A stretch of DNA of 63,832 nucleotides, counting the filler, from Octopus bimaculoides (lineage: Eukaryota): NCBI RefSeq assembly GCF_001194135.2. It is 9 parts of 6 records of this genome, joined end to end, with 100 filler letters (N's around TTAATTAATTAA, not from the genome) between each part and the next. Parts side by side here need not be neighbours in the genome. Positions count along the whole stretch, not along the records: positions 25,435 to 50,820 come from NC_068981.1; 8 more parts are not named here. The stretch is one strand, 5' to 3'. The number at the start of each line of letters is the position of its first letter. Within the stretch, counting starts at the first letter, position 1. The notes under the pieces are model-generated. The model did not search any database. It was given only the letters and a program-made list of their open reading frames with translations, and was not told where the DNA came from. Positions 28,504-40,564 of the stretch are shown in pieces. The position numbers and the translations under genes are program-made.

Positions 28504-29188
28504 TGTCCACCTTTCCAATGCTTGCATGGGTAGATGGAACATTTTGAGGCAAATTTTCTATTTTTGTACAGTCAAATGCCTTTCCTGTTGCCAACTCTGA
28601 CCTGTTGCCAAGCAAGGTAATACACATACACTCACATGTATGTTTTAGAATACATTGCTCAAAAGCTGTTAGGTAATATTAAGTTAGTTCAACCTAATTA
28701 TGTGGCCCCATTTAAGTTAACAATCAACATCTTGCATGGATAAGATCTGGTGTATCCATCATGAAAAGAAGATATGCCTTGCACAGTCTCACACTATCTT
28801 ACTTGGTCATAGTTAAACATTGGCAGTACTAAGTACTAAGCAATACTAAGATCTTGGGGCATTACAAATGATTGCAGATCAAATATTAAAATGGTTTGAC
28901 CTACTAAGCTTTTATTTAGAGAGACTGTCTCCTAAACAAACTATCTTCACATTGATTAAAGAGCAGAAATCATTTGGTGGACTTACATTGTGCTTGTTCA
29001 TCCTCTTGAGTATTTCTAACTTTTCAGGTGTCATTGTTAAATAGCTGTTGACCTTACATTGGGTTCGTCACCCTTTGACATGTCTTATTTTTGTTTTGCT
29101 GGATTGTAGCAACCCTCCTCATCAGGCTAGCCTTGTGGGTGTGTTAGTTTAGTCACTGACAATCAGATCATGTAATAGATTGCACATT

Positions 29189-29364
29189 TTCACTAGCAGT
29201 CAGTGGCCTGACTTGCAACAAAAGGTGGTCTTGTTAACCACTTAGGAATACATGAACCAAACCATGCTAATACTAAATCATTGCAACCTGAAAGAACATA
29301 TGCTTGTCAGTAATGCAATAAATGCCTTTCTATTGGTGGTCTGAAGATACATATGTCTGTACAC
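29189..29364 (+). pseudogene. Two degenerate C2H2 zinc fingers of retroelement type
   Basis: 29215-29364 reads ATKGGLVNHLGIHEPNHANTKSLQPERTYACQ*CNKCLSIGGLKIHMSVH; GLxxHxxxH with no TGEKP linker. Confidence 0.55.
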
Positions 29365-29689
29365 AATGCCAAATATCATGATTCTGCATTGTATTTAACT
29401 GAAAAGGATGTTTATGTATATGCTTCAAATTATCAGCAGTATATGCTTCAAATTATCAGCTGGGTTAAAAAGTCAGTTTTACCTTGTTAAAGTGCATAAA
29501 AACTGTAGGTCTCAACCATCCACTCAATGTCTTGTGCAACTTGGTCCCCAATGGTGAATGAACATCTGTATTGTCTACAGATAAGGCCACATTTAGAGAT
29601 GTATCCTAATACAATGCAGCATTAAAAACAGTGGCTTTTCTCAAATAGATATAATACTGTCAAATACTAATAATTTGTGACATAAGAAT

Positions 29690-30330
29690 ATAAAATAAAG
29701 GATCTTAAGATATAATCCTGTCTTCAATCTAGCTGTAAGACTTATATAGTTAGGGAATTCCTCAAGGTAATCTATCATTTTCTGGCACACAATATATGTC
29801 TTATGAAATTCTTATCAAAATAAACTGCTATGCATGAAAGGATTTTGCAGCTTGTTTTAGGAGTTTCAACATTAAACTGATTACTCAAAATATTTGTAAT
29901 TCAAATACTGCACCTACCCAACATCTGTTACCAATCCCCTACAGTATCCCAAACATAACTCTTCCAACACCTGTTTCCTGATGTTACCACACTTCATTGT
30001 AAGTACATCTGCTGATATCTGCAAGGCCATCCACAGGAAAGGTCTAGACATACAGCTGGCCTGCTAAGGACTTCCCCCACCGAGATATCTATCTAAGAAA
30101 TGGCTCACCAACAACAGATACCTATGCATGCTGGCCAACTACCCTATTTGCAGCATTGATATGTGCCTGTAAACTTATGCTGACTACTATAGCATCAAAT
30201 GCAGAGAATATTACCTAGACTTAGGCAATACAATTTGGTCATTACAAATCTGAATCAAGGAACATCACTCAAAAATTATTATAACAAATGCAGGAACATG
30301 AAAATTGCAGTTACTTTATTAAAGCTTTTG
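29690..30330 (+). mobile_element. Degenerate Penelope-like element: RT thumb remnant, Cys linker, GIY-YIG endonuclease
   Basis: Frame from 29942: FLMLPHFIVSTSADICKAIHRKGLDIQLAC*..YLSKK..LCMLANYPICSIDMCL*TYADYYSIKCREYYLDLGNTIWSLQI*IKEH (TGA probably from CGA, giving RIKEH). Confidence 0.7.
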
Positions 30331-31536
30331 AGCATAACATTGGTAACTTATGAATTAAAGAAGCCATTCTGACATATGTAAAATGAAAAAAAAACCCCAG
30401 CTCCTAGAACACAATCTACTGCCCGAAATTCCATGTCTTTTCACTTCTGGTCATTTGACCATTATTACACAAACACAGAACTAGTATGCTAGGTGAATGG
30501 AATTATTTCTCTGGTTCTTTTAACACTTCTGAAAAGGAGTACTTTATTCAAAATATCAGGACTAATTAAATACTTATAATGTAACATTTCAATAGCTTTA
30601 TTATTGTTGTTATCGAGGTCTTATGGTCAATCTGCATTGCTATAGTCTTCAATACCATACTAAAAGTCTGCCTGTCTGTGTGTTTCTCTCCCCCCCCTCT
30701 CTCTCTCTCTCTACACACACACATACACACACGAAGACATACACATGCATACATAGAAATGTGACATATAAAATTTTCGATAACATAAATGGAATATTTT
30801 CGGTGTTTCAAAAAATGTTTGGAAAAACATAATCAACTAAAAAAAAAACTAAAGAAACATCTAAGAACAGGAGATAAAAATGACTTTTTAAAATAAAATT
30901 ACAGTGATTTTTTTGTCAAATTAAAATAGATTGCTTATTCCATTGTGTAATTATGGTGTATAACACTGGCAAAAAATAAAAGTCCAGTTATTGCGGAAAA
31001 CAGTGGTTAACAAAATTTGCTTTGTATCAGTTGGTGATATTAAATATACACAAGTTCATGATTATATATGGTTTTTACTAAAATCACATTAGCATATTAC
31101 TGTTCAATGTATATTATATTTCAAATGTTTAATATATATATATATAAATATACACACATGTAATATAATATATGCAATATAATATATATGTAATATAATG
31201 AACGTAACAAAATATAACAATATATATATATATCATAGAGTTTACTATGAAATATCTTTAGTTTTAAATTAAGTCTGTCTACTTTGAAGATTTCACTTTG
31301 AACAGCATGAATGGTAAATTCTAAAATGCACTAAAAATTAATTTTTACTAAATATTACAAAACAAATACTTGATAAATTATATAAGGCACTGGGTTCTGG
31401 CCAGTTTTGACTTCCACTAGTCCAAATGCTTTTCCTTTTTTTCATTTCGTTATTGAAAATTTACTGCCGATTTTAATGTCTCTTTTGTATTGATATTTAA
31501 GCTTCATTTTTTTTTTCACCTTTTTATGATTTACAG

Positions 31537-31597
31537 TATTGATTTGATGGCTCATGTGCAAAACTTTGAATTATTATTTGACTTTTTGAAGTTAAAA
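31537..31597 (+). CDS. Candidate internal exon, product unknown
   Basis: Polypyrimidine tract + TTACAG acceptor, GTAATT donor; open frame IDLMAHVQNFELLFDFLKLK. Confidence 0.3.
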
Positions 31598-31914
31598 GTA
31601 ATTTATAAAATGGAACTCCTACATGCTACATATATCTCTGTCAAATTACATTAGTCAAAAACATTTTTCCAAGGTAATATAGCTGCTGTCCCCCTCCCCA
31701 CTCGACAAGACTGTTAAAAAATAAATTCTTGGTATTGAATAATTATGCAAATTCACATGTGGTTAAGAAGTTTGTTTTGTAACCACAAGGTTTAGGGTTT
31801 GTTTCCACTCTATAGGATTGTGGGCAGGTATGTTCTACTATAATCTTGGGCTGACCAATGCCTTGTAAGTATAAATGGGAGCAAAAACTCTAAGCTTGTT
31901 CTATATACATATAC

Positions 31915-31948
<34 letters not shown>

Positions 31949-32045
31949 ATAATAATATTAGGGACAAAATCCAAAATTACAGGTAAAAACTCAATTAAAA
32001 TCAATTTATAAAAAATTAAAATTAAATTGAGCTTTATATATAAAA

Positions 32046-32752
32046 TATATATAAAATATATAGTTTTAGGGAAAATAACCAAGTTTCAAGAACTCATCGA
32101 TGAAAATCCACTATCACATATAGAAAAATTAATAATTAAAAGCACAATAAATGAGTATAATATAAAGTAAAGTAAATATCATAAGATAAATATAATAAAA
32201 AGATTACACGTGTTTCATAACTAATTTTCAAATANNNNNNNNNNNNNNNNNNNNNNNNNNNNNNNNNNNNNNNNNNNNNNNNNNNNNNNNNNNNNNNNNN
32301 NNNNNNNNNNNNNNNNNNNNNNNNNNNNNNNNNNNNNNNNNNNNNNNNNNNNNNNNNNNNNNNNNNNNNNNNNNNNNNNNNNNNNNNNNNNNNNNNNNNN
32401 NNNNNNNNNNNTATTTCATATTAATTCATTTGGTACTTATTGTTGGTTGAGAGATATATATATCTAATTATTGTTCTACTTACGATCTGACGAGTAGCTA
32501 TATTTTTGTATAGAATTTATTTTCGATAATTTTAATTGATTTTAATCGATTTAAATTTCTTTTCTATTTGAAAATTAGTTATGAAACACGTGTAATCTTT
32601 TTATTATATTTATCTTATGATATTTACTTTACTTTATATTATATTCATTTATTGTGCTTTTAATTATTAATTTTTCTATATGTGATAGTGGATTTTCATC
32701 GATGAGTTCTTGAAACTTGGTTATTTTCCCTAAAACTATATATTTTATATAT
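32046..32752. repeat. AT-rich fold-back element, about 190-bp inverted arms (32046-32234 / 32565-32752)
   Basis: Arms near-identical (one substitution and one 1-bp indel seen); left arm runs into a gap. Confidence 0.8.
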
Positions 32753-33076
32753 ATATATATATATGTATGTATGTTGTAATCCAATGTCAGACTGTTATAA
32801 TGTCCACTCTGGTATAGCAGTATAGTTAGTTAGACAAGTAAGACATGACAATCTATTCTTTATTCTTTTACTTGTTTCAGTCATTTGACAGTGGTCATGC
32901 TGGAGCACTGCCTTTAGTCAAACAAATTGACCCCAGGAGTTATTCTTTGTAAGCCTAGTACTTATTCTATTAGTTTCTTTTGCTGAACTGCTAAGTTATG
33001 GGGATGTAAACACACCAACATTGGTTGTGAAGCAATGGTGAGCAAACAAACACAGACACACAAACATATACATATA

Positions 33077-33136
<60 letters not shown>

Positions 33137-34521
33137 NNNNNNNNNNNNNNNNNNNNNNNNNNNNNNNNNNNNNNNNNNNNNNNNNNNNNNNNNNNNNNNN
33201 NNNNNNNNNNNNNNNNNNNNNNNNNNNNNNNNNNNNNNNNNNNNNNNNNNNNNNNNNNNNNNNNNNNNNNNNNNNNNNNNNNNNNNNNNNNNNNNNNNNN
33301 NNNNNNNNNNNNNNNNNNNNNNNNNNNNNNNNNNNNNNNNNNNNNNNNNNNNNNNNNNNNNNNNNNNNNNNNNNNNNNNNNNNNNNNNNNNNNNNNNNNN
33401 NNNNNNNNNNNNNNNNNNNNNNNNNNNNNNNNNNNNNNNNNNNNNNNNNNNNNNNNNNNNNNNNNNNNNNNNNNNNNNNNNNNNNNNNNNNNNNNNNNNN
33501 NNNNNNNNNNNNNNNNNNNNNNNNNNNNNNNNNNNNNNNNNNNNNNNNNNNNNNNNNNNNNNNNNNNNNNNNNNNNNNNNNNNNNNNNNNNNNNNNNNNN
33601 NNNNNNNNNNNNNNNNNNNNNNNNNNNNNNNNNNNNNNNNNNNNNNNNNNNNNNNNNNNNNNNNNNNNNNNNNNNNNNNNNNNNNNNNNNNNNNNNNNNN
33701 NNNNNNNNNNNNNNNNNNNNNNNNNNNNNNNNNNNNNNNNNNNNNNNNNNNNNNNNNNNNNNNNNNNNNNNNNNNNNNNNNNNNNNNNNNNNNNNNNNNN
33801 NNNNNNNNNNNNNNNNNNNNNNNNNNNNNNNNNNNNNNNNNNNNNNNNNNNNNNNNNNNNNNNNNNNNNNNNNNNNNNNNNNNNNNNNNNTGCCAGTATC
33901 GCCTGACTGGCCTTCGTGCAGGTGACACGTAAAAGCACCTACTACACTCTCTGAGTGGTTGGCGTTAGGAAGGGCATCCAGCTGTAGAAACTCTGCCAAA
34001 ATTAGATTGGAGCCTGGTGTTGCCATCCGGTTTCACCAGTCCTCAGTCAAATCGTCCAACCCATGCTAGCATGGAAAGCGGACGTTAAACGATGATGATG
34101 ATGATGATGATATACAGAGAAAGAGGGGGGAGGGAGAGAGCTTTGTATCTGCCTGTTGTGAGGTAATCTATTGACAGATGTATATAATAGGCCTGCATAT
34201 GAATGCATACATATGTGGGCGTGTGTCCTGTATAGTCTGTTGACAGATGTTTATAGTACAGTATTTGTGTGTGGATGTGTGGCAAGAGTCTAATCTGTTA
34301 ACCTGCCACCCTATCTTTTACCCTCCCTTTTTTCTCCCTCATCAATTCTCTTTACCACCCTCTAACTTTCCCCCAATAAAAACTTGTAACACACGTTTTC
34401 TTTTCTTTCTGTCACATCTTTTTCTTTCTTTATCTTCTCTTCCTCCACCTTTGTGAGGGTGTGTTGAGCTGCTGCACATTCTAGACTTTCTCCCATTCCA
34501 TTTTCATCCCCCACCAATCTA

Positions 34522-34562
<41 letters not shown>

Positions 34563-34563
34563 G

Positions 34564-34600
<37 letters not shown>

Positions 34601-35730
34601 AAATAATATGTGAGTATATGCATATATATATATGTACATGTATGTACATACCTACATCTACATGTATATATATATAGATGCATATCTGGGTACNNNNNNN
34701 NNNNNNNNNNNNNNNNNNNNNNNNNNNNNNNNNNNNNNNNNNNNNNNNNNNNNNNNNNNNNNNNNNNNNNNNNNNNNNNNNNNNNNNNNNNNNNNNNNNN
34801 NNNNNNNNNNNNNNNNNNNNNNNNNNNNNNNNNNNNNNNNNNNNNNNNNNNNNNNNNNNNNNNNNNNNNNNNNNNNNNNNNNNNNNNNNNNNNNNNNNNN
34901 NNNNNNNNNNNNNNNNNNNNNNNNNNNNNNNNNNNNNNNNNNNNNNNNNNNNNNNNNNNNNNNNNNNNNNNNNNNNNNNNNNNNNNNNNNNNNNNNNNNN
35001 NNNNNNNNNNNNNNNNNNNNNNNNNNNNNNNNNNNNNNNNNNNNNNNNNNNNNNNNNNNNNNNNNNNNNNNNNNNNNNNNNNNNNNNNNNNNNNNNNNNN
35101 NNNNNNNNNNNNNNNNNNNNNNNNNNNNNNNNNNNNNNNNNNNNNNNNNNNNNNNNNNNNNNNNNNNNNNNNNNNNNNNNNNNNNNNNNNNNNNNNNNNN
35201 NNNNNNNNNNNNNNNNNNNNNNNNNNNNNNNNNNNNNNNNNNNNNNNNNNNNNNNNNNNNNNNNNNNNNNNNNNNNNNNNNNNNNNNNNNNNNNNNNNNN
35301 NNNNNNNNNNNNNNNNNNNNNNNNNNNNNNNNNNNNNNNNNNNNNNNNNNNNNNNNNNNNNNNNNNNNNNNNNNNNNNNNNNNNNNNNNNNNNNNNNNNN
35401 NNNNNNNNNNNNNNNNNNNNNNNNNNNNNNNNNNNNNNNNNNNNNNNNNNNNNNNNNNNNNNNNNNNNNNNNNNNNNNNNNNNNNNNNNNNNNNNNNNNN
35501 NNNNNNNNNNNNTATATAAAGTCCTTGGTAAAGTGTTATATACTTGAAAAAATAGAATTGGCCTTTCTGATAATTTTTCCACTTTAATAATTAGATGTTT
35601 CTAAATTGTATAAAGATAGATGCACACAAATGCAATTTATTTAATTTTTGCCTGATGGCTTATTGAAGCAATTGGTGAAACTAAGTTTCCATTCAAAACG
35701 AATTTCATTCCACCCATTATTGATGTGCAG

Positions 35731-35809
35731 TGCTACTGGACAATTTGTTAACAGGAGACAACAGACAACACTGTCTATACCTCAGCTATTTTTTAAGTAG
35801 ATGCAGAGT
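35731..35809 (+). CDS. Candidate internal exon, product unknown
   Basis: GTGCAG acceptor, GTAAGC donor; open frame LLDNLLTGDNRQHCLYLSYFLSRCR; in-frame stop just upstream of the acceptor. Confidence 0.4.
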
Positions 35810-36699
35810 GTAAGCATTCATACATACAGACATCAGACATACACACAGACACGCATGGCAGTCTATTAAATTCACTCATTAGACATTGATACAACCCGGA
35901 CTATCATAGAAGACATCAATGATGCCCTGCAATGAGACTTGAACCTGTTGCAAAGTGAGCGACTTGACCACACAGTAACACCTGTACCTATATGTGTGTG
36001 TTTATATATATATATGTCCCTTTGGGTAATATTTCCCCATGACTGGACATGTTTTTACAGTTGATTGGAAGTGAAGGATTGCACTTTGTGATGGTGAAAT
36101 TCATTTACAACTACAGCATGATGTCGAGGCAAGGAGACAAACACACACATACATACATATATGCACATATGACAGGCTTCTTCTTTCTACCATCTACCAA
36201 ATCCACTCACAAAGCTTTAGTCAGCTCTGAGCTATAGAACGCATTTGAACAATGTGCCATACAATGGGAATGAATCCAAAACCATGTTGTTGGGAAACAA
36301 ATTTCATAACTACACAACTATGCTTGTGCATATTGTTAAACACTAATGCTTCAAAAATTACATTCTAATGGGAAGAATATGATAAAATTCCAAATTTAGA
36401 TGAACTCTAAGGATTTTTTGCAAATAAACAACGTTATTGGCCATTGATGCAATTGATTTTAGTCGTACATTTTAGACTTCACATATAGCTTTTTCCATAT
36501 CTTGATACATAAATACAAGTGATTGAAATGGGGGTCCCTCCAAAGGGTCTCTGGAGTAACATTACTTGACAGGGTTTGGAGCTTGGAGATTAGGGAATCT
36601 CTCTAGGTGAAGCTACTACTCTGCATTGAGAAATGCTCTTGACCCGCTCCCCCTCCCACCATCTTGACTCAGTGGAACATCTAGGTTTTGACAACTCAA

Positions 36700-36870
36700 A
36701 GGAGAGTACCAGAGTTTGGCTGGTATTCATCTTCAGCCAAGTAAACCAGAGCAATGTGAAATGAAGTGACTTGCTCAACAGCACAGTTAACTACCAAATC
36801 CAGAAATTGAACTCATGACTTTATGATCATGAACTCAACACCTTAACCACTAGGCTATATGCCTTAGGCA
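36700..36870 (-). mobile_element. SINE family E (tRNA head + TTGAGCAAG core); other copies 38465-38620 and 50385-50595 (+)
   Basis: Head GGC.CATGGCT.AGT.GTTAG, B box GAGTTCA.TTC, TTGAGCAAGACACTTT. Confidence 0.75.
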
Positions 36871-36924
36871 TTGTAGGGTTAAACAAATCTTGATTTAGCT
36901 ACTTCCCTACAATATATATATATA

Positions 36925-37880
36925 TTCTTTTCTACTCTAAGCACAAAGCCTGAAATTTTTGGGGAGGTGGTGGTGGTGGTGGTGGGGGCAGTCGATTAGA
37001 TTGAGCCCAGTACAGAACTGGTACTTAATTTATTGACCTTGAAAAGATGGAAGGCAAAGTCGACCTCGGCAGAATTTGAACTCAGAATCTAAAGACAGAC
37101 GAAATACCACTAAGCATTTCGCCTGGTGTGCTGTTTCTACCAGCTCGCCACCTTCCTACAATATATATATATATATATATATATATTTATTTCTTTTATT
37201 GCTCACAGGGGGCTAAACACAGAGGGGACAAACAAGGACAGACAAAAGGATTAAGTCGATTACATTGACCCCAGTGCATAACTGGTATTTATTTAATCGA
37301 TCCCGAAAGGATGAAAGCAAAGCAACCTCAGCAGAATTTGAACTCAGAATGTAATGGCAGACGAAATACCGCTAAGCATTTCGCCCGGTGTGCTAACAAT
37401 TCTGCCAACTCACTGCCTTCCTACAATATATATATTCTTTTCTAATCTAGGCACAAGGCCTGAAATTTTTGAGGAGGGGGCAATCGATTAGATTGACCCC
37501 AGAATGCAACTACTACTTAATTTATTGACCCCGAAAGGATGAAAGGCAAAGTCAACTTCAGCGGAATTTGAACTCAGAATGAAAGACAGAGACGAAATAC
37601 TGCTAAGCATTTCGCCTAGCATGCTAATGTTTCTGCCAGCTCGCTGCCTTCTACACTATATTTATTCTTTTCTACTGTAAGCACAAGGCCCAAAATTTTG
37701 GGGGAGGGGGCCAGTCGATTAGATCAACGCCAGTACGCAACTGGTGCTTAATTTATCGACCCCAAAAGGATGAAAGGCAAAGTCGACCTCAATGGAATTT
37801 GAACACAGAATGTAAAGACAGATGAAATACCACTAAGCATTTCGCCTGGCATGCTAACAATTCTGCCAGCTAGTCACCTT
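36925..37880 (-). mobile_element. Four head-to-tail family-B SINEs separated by copies of one target sequence
   Basis: Four GAATTTGAAC B boxes; CCTACAATATATAT at 36906, 37155, 37420, 37881 and a degenerate copy at about 37649. Confidence 0.92.
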
Positions 37881-39774
37881 CCTACAATATATATATTGAA
37901 GTACTGATGATCATGTTGAGAGACCACTCAACAATAACAATAAGAATTCAACAACTACAACAATAAAAATGTCCAAGTGTTTACTAGTTTTCATTTTAGA
38001 GTTAATCTTGCTTGACCTTGTCCACTCAGTGGTCAGTACTTATTAAGAGACAGTTAAATCACTAGCCATTGTACATTCCAACCATTTTACTTTATCAGAC
38101 TTGAAAACGTTTTTTTTTTTGTTTTTTTTTTAAAAGTACAAGTTTTTTTGTTGTCTTTTTTTTTTTCATGGACAACTCCTCCTACTTGCTGGCTATGGCT
38201 ATTTATTCCCTCTGAAACAAAGATCTGCTGCAGTTGTGTAAATGTCAATGAAAACTAAAGAAGTAAAATAAGAAAAAGGTACTTTTTGTTTTATTATTTT
38301 GCAATGAAACAATAAAATCCAAGGAAATTAGTGATGGTCTGTATTAACAAGCATTAGTAATCACATAAAGTTTGCAATTCTTATCTTTTCTGTATCTTGG
38401 GAGGGTCATTATGCCAATAATAAACACACACACTGGTTATATTTCACTTTCTTATTTGACAATGTGGAGGTATGCATCTTAGTGGTTAGGGTGTCAGACT
38501 CATGATTGTAAAATTGTGGTTTAAATTCCTGGACTGGACAATATGTTGTAGCTTTGAGCAAAACACTTCATTTTATGTTGCTCCAGGTTCACTTAGCTGG
38601 CAAAAATGGGCAATCTTGTGACAGACAGTCATCCCATCCAGTGGGGAAATATATGTGCCATGGAAAAAAAGTCATATGAGTCTATATGACTTGGGGAGTT
38701 ATAAAGATTCACATCAAGAATCTTGGAAAACCAAATACAAAAACGAACCAGCACTGATAGCAAGCTATCACATCACATGCAACAAGGATTGGATCTTGTG
38801 ATGGTGGGACTCATAAAGCTGGAGGTTAACATGGTTTCCATGAAACATAACTTACCTGAAATTACAACACTACCTCCTGAATGGGATGCTGGTCTGTTAC
38901 AGGTCTTTCCAGTCATTGATGAAATTTGTTTACAATTGAGTGGCTTGTAGTGACATGAAATGAAGTGTTTTGTTCAAGAACACAATGCAAGGTGCCAAGT
39001 GATGGTATTAGATCAGATGGTGGATTATGTCTACCACCTAAGTATTGAGATAGTTAGGCAGAAAGAGAAGAAAAAATGAAACAGCCTTAATATATTTTTA
39101 TTGTAAGTTAGTTAAGATAGTAAGTTAGTAAGTTAGTAAGATAGTAAGATAGTAAGTTAGTAAGATAGTAAGTTAGTTAAGGTTGTAAGTTATTGTAGAT
39201 AGTTATTGTAGTTAGTTGGCGTTAGGAAGGGTATCCAGCTGTAGAAACTCTACCAAATCAGATTGGAGCCTGGTGTAGCCATCTGGTTCACCAGTCCTCA
39301 GTCAAATCGTCCAACCCATGCTAGCATGGAAAGCGGACATTAAACGATGATGATGATGATGATGATGAGTTAAATAAATAAAGAAAATGTGCAGGGGACA
39401 AGTGAAGGAGGAGATTGGGAGGGTTGGCTTGAGGAGGGAGGATGCTCCAAACTGAGCAAGATGGCGAAATTGTGTGAGAGCGGTTGCTGTAGGAGTGAGG
39501 TAGACCTGGCCAGCCCCGTTAAGGGGGGGGGGGGGAACAGACCCCCCCCCCCCGGATTTAAAATATTGGAATTCATTCATCATACATCATGAATATTTCA
39601 TCAACATTATCATCATCAAGATTAATATCATCATTGTTGTTGGCATTATCACTTCATGATGATGATCAATACTGTCATCACCTTATCATCGTTATCATCA
39701 TCATCATCATCATCAATGTTATCATCATCTTCATGTCATTATCATTATGCCTACATCATCATTATTACCACCAC

Positions 39775-39990
39775 CAAGGCGGCGAGCTGGCAGAACTGTT
39801 AGCACACCAGGCAAAATGCTCAGTTGTATTTCGCCCGTAGCTATGTTCTGAGTTCAAATTCTGCCAAGGTCGACTTTGCCTTTCATCCTTTTGGGGGTCA
39901 ATGAATTAAGTACCAGTCAAGTACTTGGGTCAATGTGATTGACTCACGCCCCCCCCCCCAATATTTCAGGCCTTGTGCCTACAATAGAAA
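39775..39990 (+). mobile_element. SINE family B; others at 41580-41945, 58460-58710 (-) and 59385-59590 (+)
   Basis: GGCGGCGAGCTGGCAGAA head, GAGTTCAAATTC, CAGGCCTTGTGCC tail. Confidence 0.88.
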
Positions 39991-40089
39991 CGATTATTAC
40001 TTCCACTATTGTTGTCATCAATGGTATTGCCATTGTCATCATCATCATCATCACCAGCACCAGCAGCAGCACCACCACCACCTCAGTTG

Positions 40090-40350
40090 TTGTCCTAACA
40101 TCTAAGTCTGTATGCTGGTATGGGTTGGGTTGGATTGGATTGGTTTGATATACAACACATTGTCAGTTGTCACAACACTTGTCATCTCATCCACGAGGTC
40201 CAATGTTCTGAGATCTGACATCAACACATCTTCCCATGACTTCTTTGGTTTTCCTCTCCTATGGATACCTTCTTCCTCTCTCTCTCCCCTCCCTGGCAAT
40301 CAGCACATGGCCTTCACCCACCCACTGCACCTCCCATCACTCATTCTAAT
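40090..40350 (-). mobile_element. RTE-clade LINE 3' remnant
   Basis: RMSDGRCSGWVK..RRGKPKKSWEDVLMSDLRTLDLVDEMT fits the RTE RT C-terminal RGRPKKTW motif; followed by CCAACCCATACCAGCAT. Confidence 0.7.
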
Positions 40351-40533
40351 ACATAAACAAGCCAGAAAGGGAGTCTCTATGTGGTTGTTCGATCCGTTAG
40401 AAATAACAGCTAATTCTCCTACCCATCCTGTACAGCCTTCTTAAAATGAAGGATATATCTCGGACAAAGTTGTCTCTGGCATATAAAAATGACAGGGTGA
40501 TCACAGCTGAAATGTCTTTAGATGTATTTATCC

Positions 40534-40564
<31 letters not shown>

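Noticed and set aside
28984-29043. Minus-strand exon YLTMTPEKLEILKRMNKHN with a GTAAG donor
   Set aside because: No polypyrimidine tract at the acceptor; lies next to a probable retroelement remnant.
32695-32720. Hammerhead-like TCGATGAGTTCTTGAAAC in the AT-rich arms
   Set aside because: Core mismatch and no stem I complementarity.
31950-32760. Mitochondrial control-region insertion (NUMT)
   Set aside because: Only AT-richness supports it; no mitochondrial tRNA or gene sequence recognised.
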